A stretch of 64,000 nt of DNA from Candidatus Magasanikiibacteriota bacterium. Lineage in GTDB: Bacteria > Patescibacteriota > Patescibacteriia > Magasanikbacterales > GWA2-37-8. The position numbers and the translations under genes were made by a program. Where the stretch lies: the NCBI GenBank assembly GCA_963840935.1, contig CAWJAS010000001.1, positions 128,875 through 192,874 on the forward strand, written 5' to 3'. The notes under the pieces are model-generated. The model made no database searches. It was given only the letters and a program-made list of their open reading frames with translations, and was not told the origin of the DNA. Position 1 is the first letter of the stretch, and every line of letters begins with the position of its first letter. Shown here piece after piece: positions 57,739 to 64,000 of this stretch.

Positions 57739-58131
57739 TTATGCCGCTTTTTCGTGGCGGTGTGGAAATTGTTCGATTTGAGTTTCTTTATCGTCTTCAC
57801 CAAATGAAACATCTAAAGCTCCTTCCATATCAACTTGATGTTTTAAATTAGTAAACGCTTCGCGAGTTCCGGATTGAGTGTTGTCGCTTGGACCGCCTGT
57901 TCGTATTCTTTTATCCCAATCTTCGGCGACAGCTTTTTCTTCAATTCTGTTCGCATCCCAGCCCGGACGATACTTATCGCTGGTTGTAACCGTGGAAACC
58001 ATTTCATTTCTTATATCTCCCGGCGGATATTGAAGCGCTGATTCGTCGGTTGGCAGTTTTTCTGATGGTCGTGCTTTTGGCGCTTTCCATTCTCGATTTT
58101 GTTTTTTTGCTCCAAAAAATGATTTAAACAT
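57739..58131 (-). CDS. Hypothetical protein
   Basis: 130 aa. Confidence 0.4.
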   Translation of the reverse strand: MFKSFFGAKKQNREWKAPKARPSEKLPTDESALQYPPGDIRNEMVSTVTTSDKYRPGWDANRIEEKAVAEDWDKRIRTGGPSDNTQSGTREAFTNLKHQVDMEGALDVSFGEDDKETQIEQFPHRHEKAA

Positions 58132-58182
58132 ATATAAATATTAAGATAACCTATATATTATACCATATTTTTTGGGTTTTGT

Positions 58183-58200
58183 CAATACCCATTTGGCTAA
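58183..58200. promoter_or_regulatory. Perfect 18-bp palindrome TTGGCTAAAATTAGCCAA upstream of purF; candidate operator
   Basis: Related CTAAAATTAGCCAAAAA 17-mer recurs at 60412-60428 upstream of the tuf promoter. TTGGCTAATTTTAG is at ~50418. Confidence 0.4.
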
Positions 58201-58351
58201 AATTAGCCAAAAAGCATATTTTATTATTAAAAAATTAATTGTTAACAAGTTAAAGTTAAAAAAGCATTGACTAAACAACGCGGGAGGTTTAAGATTATTT
58301 GGTTCGATTTTATAGTTCATTTACAATCGGTTTCACAAAAAAGGAGGGAAA

Positions 58352-59734
58352 ATGTGCGGGATTGTGGGTGTGATCGGCGATCCGTTCGCCGGCGTTATTT
58401 GCCTTGAAGGGGCGAGGGGAATCAACCATCGCGGGCAAGATGGCGCCGGTATCGCGTGGGCCGATTCAAAAAAACGGAATTCATTGCTTGTGAAGAAGGG
58501 TGTCGGGCTTGTCCGTGAAGTATTTGCCGAAGAAAGTTTCAAAAAAGAGCTTTCGGGCGATATTTCAATCGGCCATGTCCGGTACTCAACAACAGGCGGG
58601 ATTACGGAGGAATCTTGCCATCCTTTTTCTATCAACAGTTTTGCTCTTGCCGCTAACGGCAACTTGGTGCCGAGCGCGATAACTCGTCTTCAAGGTTTGC
58701 TCAAATCTGAGCAACATCAAATCAAAAGCGATTCCGATTCCGAGTTGATGGCCTTGTTCATTTATCGTTATCTCAACGAAGGCAATTCTTTGGTTGATGT
58801 TATTACTGAGGTGATGCAAACTTTTGTTGGCGCATATTCAATAGTGATGATTTACAATGACCTGATGATTGCTTTTCGCGACCCTTTGGGTATCAGGCCT
58901 TTGCATTTTGGCAAGTACCAAAAGAGCGACCGAGCAAACGACCGCACATGGTTTGTTGCCTCGGAAACAGTCGCTTTTGATCGTGTTCGGGCAGTTCCCA
59001 CGCGAGCGGTCAGACCGGGTGAGATGATTGTTTTTCGGGCCGACGGGACCGAGCCTGAATACCACCAGCTTGTTTCAGGACTTAAACCGAAACGTTGTTT
59101 GCTTGAGGACTGCTATTTTTCTCGTCCGGATTCTGTTGACGATTACCCCATTGGTTATTGTCGCGAGGTCTGCGGTCGTTTTATGGCCGAGAATCATCCA
59201 GCAGTAGCAAACATCGTTGTCTCTGTCCCGGATTTAAGCCTCTTGTTTGCCGAAGGATTTTCTATTGGCGCGGGAATTTTTTTGCGTCACGGCTTTATCC
59301 GAAGCCATGATGCTGGCCGGACATTCATTGACGGACGCACCCAAGATGAGTCCGTTAGGCACAAATATAACCTAATGCGTTATATTTTGGACGGTAAGAT
59401 GATAGTTTTGTGCGATGATTCGCTCATTCGCGGAAAAACAATGATTAGCTTGGTGCGCATGCTCAAAGATAGCGGAAAGGTAAAAGAGGTTCATTTGAGG
59501 CTCAGTTTCCCGGAAGTCATTTCCGAGTGCTACTACGGCATCAACATTGCCACCAAAAAAGAATTGTTGGCCAACCGCATTCCCGATATTCGCGCGCGAA
59601 CTGATTTTCTTGGCGTTAATTCGCTCGCCTATCCGTCGATAGACGAAATGACCGAGATACTTTCCGAACTCGGCTGTTCCATCGATAACTACTGCACCGC
59701 CTGCTGTACCGGAGAATACCCCACAAAATTGTGA
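58352..59734 (+). CDS. purF: Amidophosphoribosyltransferase
   Basis: MCGIVGV N-terminal nucleophile, GQDGAGIAW, PRTase motif VLCDDSLIRGKTM. RBS aaaaaggaggg. Confidence 0.92.
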   Translation: MCGIVGVIGDPFAGVICLEGARGINHRGQDGAGIAWADSKKRNSLLVKKGVGLVREVFAEESFKKELSGDISIGHVRYSTTGGITEESCHPFSINSFALAANGNLVPSAITRLQGLLKSEQHQIKSDSDSELMALFIYRYLNEGNSLVDVITEVMQTFVGAYSIVMIYNDLMIAFRDPLGIRPLHFGKYQKSDRANDRTWFVASETVAFDRVRAVPTRAVRPGEMIVFRADGTEPEYHQLVSGLKPKRCLLEDCYFSRPDSVDDYPIGYCREVCGRFMAENHPAVANIVVSVPDLSLLFAEGFSIGAGIFLRHGFIRSHDAGRTFIDGRTQDESVRHKYNLMRYILDGKMIVLCDDSLIRGKTMISLVRMLKDSGKVKEVHLRLSFPEVISECYYGINIATKKELLANRIPDIRARTDFLGVNSLAYPSIDEMTEILSELGCSIDNYCTACCTGEYPTKL

Positions 59735-59756
59735 AACCCGCCGGTTCTTTCACGTC

Positions 59757-59792
59757 ATAACCGCCTCGTTTTTTCGAGGCGGTTTTCTTGAC
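59757..59792 (+). terminator. Rho-independent terminator after purF
   Basis: AACCGCCTCGttttttCGAGGCGGTTTTCTT. Confidence 0.75.
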
Positions 59793-59842
59793 TTTTTTTA
59801 TAAAAATAATATATACTGGTCAAGAGTAAATAATAATAATTT

Positions 59843-60301
59843 ATGCAACCAAAACAATTAAAAAGGATTTTTAATTTAATTCAGAAAACCGGCGACAGAT
59901 TAATTGTGGCCGATAGTTCTACCGATGAAGTTTTTGCCATAATGAATATTGATGATTATGAATCACTGGTTGATTATGACCGAGACTCTTGGGAAGACGA
60001 TGTTTGCGATTGCGAAGAAAGCGAATGTGATATTTGCGATTGTCAAAAAGAAATTTCTGATTTGACCGAGCAAGAAATGCTCAAAAAAATCAATAACGAT
60101 ATTGCCGAATGGAGAGACGCCCAAAAGAAAAAAAATGATGAAGAGTTGGCTGAAGAGATTTTGGAAGAAAATGTTAAGGATGAATTGCCGGCTGTGGGCG
60201 AAGTTAAAGACGAAAAAATTAATGAGGAGGTGAGAGTTGAAATTAAGCCGGCTTTTGCCAGTTTGAGCGAAGTGCTTACGGATGAAAAATATTTGAATTG
60301 A
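59843..60301 (+). CDS. Hypothetical acidic protein with CxC-rich patch (N-terminus loosely antitoxin Phd/YefM-like)
   Basis: DDVCDCEESECDICDC. No firm family. Confidence 0.4.
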   Translation: MQPKQLKRIFNLIQKTGDRLIVADSSTDEVFAIMNIDDYESLVDYDRDSWEDDVCDCEESECDICDCQKEISDLTEQEMLKKINNDIAEWRDAQKKKNDEELAEEILEENVKDELPAVGEVKDEKINEEVRVEIKPAFASLSEVLTDEKYLN

Positions 60302-60457
60302 CAGTTTGATGACAGTCCTAGGGTAAATCAGATTGAAGAAGAAGACCTGAGTGGCGTGGAACATACTGAAGAAAAATTTTATTTGGAACCGGTAGAATAA
60401 AGGATTAGCTCTAAAATTAGCCAAAAAATGATTTTTGGCAGTCCACATGTTTGCCTC

Positions 60458-60486
60458 TTGCAATATTTTTTGGTTTCTGTTATAAT
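60458..60486 (+). promoter_or_regulatory. Sigma70-type promoter for tuf: TTGCAA, 17 bp spacer, TATAAT
   Basis: ttgcaatattttttggtttctgttataat. Confidence 0.6.
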
Positions 60487-60631
60487 GGCGTGAGATAAAT
60501 TAAAGCGAGTAGCTCGATTTTTTTGAGTAGCCCGTAAAATTTATTGATAATTTATATATTTTTTGAGACGGCTGGATAACAAATCTGCACCGACCACTCG
60601 GGAGCAGTGCCGTGTAAATTTAATCCATATG

Positions 60632-61819
60632 GCTGAGTTTGTAAGAACCAAGCCACACGTCAATGTTGGCACAATCGGCCACGTTGATCACGGTAAGACT
60701 ACGCTTACCGCCGCTATTTTGGCGGTTTTAGGCGCGCGCGGTATGAGCGCGCAAACAAAAGGCGTCGAGGATTTAGATAAAGCCCCGGAATCCAAATCCC
60801 GTGGTATTACTATTTCCACCGCTCATGTTGAATATGAGTCGGAAAAACGCCATTATGCTCACGTTGATTGCCCGGGCCATGCTGATTATGTTAAAAACAT
60901 GATTACCGGCGCGGCTCAAATGGATGGAGCTATTTTAGTCGTTTCCGCCGCCGATGGTCCGATGCCTCAGACCCGTGAACACATTGTGCTTGCCCGTCAG
61001 GTTGGCGTGCCTCACATTGTTGTTTATTTAAACAAAGTTGACCAAGTATCTGACCCGGAATTGATTGATTTGGTTGAAGCCGAAGTTCGCGATTTGCTCA
61101 CAAAATACGAATTTCCTGGCGACACCACCCCGATTATCCGCGGTTCAGCCCTTCAAGCTCTCCAAAATCCGAGTGATGAAGCCGCTTCAAAATCTATCAT
61201 GGAACTTATTAATACCATTGATGAATATATTCCGGAACCTGTTCGCGCCATTGACCAGCCTTTCTTAATGCCTGTTGAAGACGTGTTTTCAATTGAAGGC
61301 AGAGGAACCGTGGTTACCGGTCGTATTGAACGCGGTGTCATCAAGATAAACGATGAAATTGAAATTGTCGGTTTGAATGAAGAAAAAATGAAAACAGTTG
61401 TTACCGGCATTGAAATGTTTAACAAGCAATTGAAAGAAGGCCAAGCTGGTGATAACGCCGGAATCTTGCTTCGCGGTACCAAAAAGGAAGAAGTGGAACG
61501 CGGTATGGTTCTTGCCAAACCCGGTACCATTAATCCTCATACTGAATTTGAAGCTCAGGTTGTCGTTTTGACTAAAGAAGAAGGTGGACGACACAAACCG
61601 TTTTTCAAAGGCTACAAGCCTCAGTTCTACATCAGAACAACTGATGTGACCGGTGAAGTTGTTTTGCCGGAAGGAACAGAAATGGTTATGCCTGGTGATA
61701 CAATCAATTTTATTGTTAAATTGATTAAGCCGGTAGCTATTGAAGAAAAAATGAAATTCGCCATTCGCGAAGGCGGAAGAACCGTCGGCGCGGGTGTGGT
61801 AACAAAAATTATTAAGTAA
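60632..61819 (+). CDS. tuf: Elongation factor Tu
   Basis: [35 protein letters not shown]. Confidence 0.97.
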   Translation, partial: AEFVRTKPHVNVGTIGHVDHGKTTLTAAILAVLGARGMSAQTKGVEDLDKAPESKSRGITISTAHVEYESEKRHYAHVDCPGHADYVKNMITGAAQMDGAILVVSAADGPMPQTREHIVLARQVGVPHIVVYLNKVDQVSDPELIDLVEAEVRDLLTKYEFPGDTTPIIRGSALQALQNPSDEAASKSIMELINTIDEYIPEPVRAIDQPFLMPVEDVFSIEGRGTVVTGRIERGVIKINDEIEIVGLNEEKMKTVVTGIEMFNKQLKEGQAGDNAGILLRGTKKEEVERGMVLAKPGTINPHTEFEAQVVVLTKEEGGRHKPFFKGYKPQFYIRTTDVTGEVVLPEGTEMVMPGDTINFIVKLIKPVAIEEKMKFAIREGGRTVGAGVVTKIIK

Positions 61820-61821
61820 AT

Positions 61822-61856
61822 CATGCGAGAGGGGACGCTTAGCGTCCCCTCTTTGC
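61822..61856 (+). terminator. Terminator after tuf
   Basis: GAGGGGACGCttaGCGTCCCCTCTTT. Confidence 0.6.
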
Positions 61857-61865
61857 AATGAAATA

Positions 61866-62213
61866 ATGTTCTTTACCATGACCTCAGCAACCACAAAGAA
61901 AACAGTCGAAGCCACAAGGATCCGTATCAAGATTCGGGCTTATGACAACAAGATTATTGACCAGGCAACAAAAATGATTATTGAAACAGCAGAACGAAAT
62001 GACGCAAAAGTCATTGGTCCTGTTCCGTTGCCGACCGAAAAATCAAAGTTCACCGTTAATCGGTCAACTTTTGTCCACAAGAATGCGCGTGAACAATTCG
62101 AAATGCGTGTTCATAAGCGTTTGATTGACATCATGAACGCCTCGCCCAAATGCGTTGACGCGCTCATGAGTTTGAGTTTACCGTCCGGAGTGGATGTGGA
62201 AATAAAAATGTAG
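61866..62213 (+). CDS. rpsJ: 30S ribosomal protein S10 (exact start uncertain)
   Basis: [41 protein letters not shown]. Confidence 0.9.
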   Translation: MFFTMTSATTKKTVEATRIRIKIRAYDNKIIDQATKMIIETAERNDAKVIGPVPLPTEKSKFTVNRSTFVHKNAREQFEMRVHKRLIDIMNASPKCVDALMSLSLPSGVDVEIKM

Positions 62214-62229
62214 TTCAAGAGTGAATTTA

Positions 62230-62658
62230 GCTTAATTTAGCTAAAAAAAGCAGAATTATCAGTTGCGCGCGAAAGTTAGGCTTAGCTATTGACAATTTTG
62301 TAATTTTTTTGTAAGATTGAGCTCGGGATTAATTTTGGTCTTTTTCGTTCAAAGAAATAAGATTCTCCGCCGATGGCGGACGAAAAACATTTATTTGAGA
62401 GCAAAAAAGATCGGAGGCAAATTTATAACATAAAAGTAAAAAGCCAGTTTAATTCGTTTTACGGATTTATTCGTTTTGCGCGAGCGCGCGGACGAATTCG
62501 CTTCACGCGAGAATGGCTAGAAGCAATAGCATTGAAGAATTTTAGTGTTATCGCTTCTAGTTTTTTGTTAGATGAATAATTTATTAACCGGTTATCTCCG
62601 CTATTCGGGATGGGCTCTGCCTTGCAGAGTTAAGGCGGAGCAATGACAAACGAAGAAT
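62230..62658 (+). promoter_or_regulatory. Unusual ~430-bp structured spacer between rpsJ and rplC, with promoter-like TTGACA, 17 bp spacer, TAAGAT and several hairpins
   Basis: ttgacaattttgtaatttttttgtaagat at ~62291. Hairpins TCCGCCgatGGCGGA and GCGCGAGCGCGC. Nested CTCCGC...CTCTGCcttGCAGAG...GCGGAG just before the rplC RBS. Confidence 0.45.
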
Positions 62659-63426
62659 ATGAAATTCATTATTGGAAAAAAAGTAGGCATGACACAGGTA
62701 TTCTCTTCATCGGGTGAAGTGGTACCGGTGACTCGGGTTAAAGCGGGTCCGTGTATGGTCGTGCAAATCAAAACAAAAGGCAAAGACAATGCCCAAGGCG
62801 TTGAAATTGGCTTTGAAGATATAAAAGAATACAAAATTAACAAACCAAAAGCCGGGCATTTAAAAGATTTGAAGCCCCTTCGTCATTTGATTTCCTTTAA
62901 CACGGAAAAAACAGATGAAATAAAGCGAGGCGACGAAATTACAGTAGGTACTTTTGAAGTGGGAGATAAAATCACAGTTCAGGGAGTATCAAAAGGGCGC
63001 GGTTTTGCCGGTGTTGTTAAAAGATATCATTTTAGAGGCGGACATGCTTCGCATGGCGGTAAACATGATTTGCGAGCACCCGGTTCAATTGGCGCCGGTG
63101 GAGTACAACGAGTTTTCAAGGGAATGCGCATGGCCGGCAGAATGGGCGGAGCGCCGGTTACCGTAAAAAATTTGGAAATTATCGAAATTAACCCGGAAAA
63201 TAATGAATTGCTAATCAAAGGAGCAATTCCCGGGGCGCGCAATGGAATTTTACGAATATATGGAGATGGTGAATTGGTGATTAAAAAAGATAATCCTGTT
63301 GTTGCTCCGGAAGCCGTGGAAGAATCAGTTGCGCCGGTAAGCGAGGCGCAAGCTCCGGTTGAAACAATTGTTCAAGAAGAAACGGCCGGCGAACAGGAAG
63401 CGGCTCCGGCGGAAGATAAAAATTAA
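62659..63426 (+). CDS. rplC: 50S ribosomal protein L3 with ~45-aa Ala/Glu/Pro-rich C-terminal extension
   Basis: GKKVGMTQVF, GVSKGRGFAGVVKRYHFRGGHASHG. Confidence 0.9.
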   Translation: MKFIIGKKVGMTQVFSSSGEVVPVTRVKAGPCMVVQIKTKGKDNAQGVEIGFEDIKEYKINKPKAGHLKDLKPLRHLISFNTEKTDEIKRGDEITVGTFEVGDKITVQGVSKGRGFAGVVKRYHFRGGHASHGGKHDLRAPGSIGAGGVQRVFKGMRMAGRMGGAPVTVKNLEIIEINPENNELLIKGAIPGARNGILRIYGDGELVIKKDNPVVAPEAVEESVAPVSEAQAPVETIVQEETAGEQEAAPAEDKN

Positions 63427-63452
63427 TTTTCTCGCCTAATTATAACAGTCAA

Positions 63453-64000
63453 TATGAAAATTAAAGTTTACAATTTAGCGGGAAATGAAACCGGAGAAAT
63501 TTCTTTAAATGAAAAAGTTTTTGGCGTTAAAATTAAACCGGAAGTTGTTCATGAAGTTTATGTGGCGCAAATGAGCAATGCGCGAGAACCGTGGGCGCAC
63601 ACAAAAACAAAAGGTGAAGTGAGAGGTGGAGGAAAGAAACCATGGAAGCAAAAAGGAACCGGTCGCGCCAGACATGGTTCAATTCGTTCTCCGATTTGGA
63701 CCGGCGGTGGTATAACATTTGGTCCTCTTTCAGAACGTAACTACAAATCAAAAATAAATAAAAAAACACGCCAAGTGGCAACAAGAATGTGTTTGACCGA
63801 TAAAGCAACTGGTGGCGCGTTGTTCGCGATTGAAGATTTTAATTTTGGCGATTTGAAAACAAAAAATTTCGCCGGATTAGTCAAAAAATTACCGGCCGGA
63901 TTCAAATCATTTTTGGTTTTAACCGGTGGCGATGAAAATAAAAATGTATACAGAATCACCAGAAATTTAAAAAAAATCGAAACCGCAAAAGCCGTTGACG
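63453..64000 (+). CDS. rplD: 50S ribosomal protein L4 (3-prime partial, runs off the window)
   Basis: Translated by hand: MKIKVYNLAGNETGEISLNEKVFG...KQKGTGRARHGSIRSPIWTGGGITFGP. Confidence 0.85.

Noticed and set aside
62373-62579. 68-aa ORF in the rpsJ-rplC spacer.
   Set aside because: It has no RBS, sits inside a hairpin-rich region, and has odd composition. It is more likely part of a structured leader.

Overview
This is an AT-rich bacterial chromosome segment with small, tightly packed genes and several overlapping start/stop codons. The gene content resembles a reduced genome such as CPR/Patescibacteria, but that is my inference from the sequence alone.

Housekeeping backbone: the window opens inside the 3-prime end of rpoB, followed by rpoC, a YebC-family regulator and ruvC. 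Further on are rubrerythrin, a trxB-rpe-rpiB block, ileS behind a structured T-box-like leader, Nif3, ruvA, two SpoU/TrmH methyltransferases and gatB. A compact minus-strand dTMP module follows (tmk-like, DHFR-like, thyA, dut, P-loop kinase, dCMP deaminase). Then come rplA, desulfoferrodoxin, tRNA-Asn(GUU), NUDIX, PEBP, trpS, rlmH, tgt and a UvrD-like helicase. The window ends in the str/S10 ribosomal region: rpsL-rpsG-fusA, then purF and small ORFs, then tuf-rpsJ, a 440-bp spacer, rplC and the start of rplD.

Accessory content:
- An ~8 kb array of about 12 small gene cassettes at ~9.5-17.8 kb. Almost all are on the minus strand. Each is followed by an imperfectly palindromic 60-110 bp repeat ending in a conserved core, CCGTGTTRTGCGATGT, that abuts the stop codon. 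The array is transcribed divergently from an internally deleted, frameshifted integron-integrase-like tyrosine recombinase at 17878-18311. I read this as a sedentary integron-like array with a fossil intI.
- Three paralogous GC-rich genes at 50.3-54.0 kb. Each carries a near-identical AT-rich promoter box and its own terminator. The first sits in a ~1 kb insertion flanked by 47-bp direct repeats that duplicate the 3-prime end of the uvrD-like gene.
- A GC-rich single-gene island (38.4-39.8 kb) encoding a ParB/DGQHR-like protein, bracketed by copies of the same hairpin.
- A GC-rich structured RNA with an intrinsic terminator at 37.7-37.9 kb.

All calls are by-eye motif recognition. No database searches were run.
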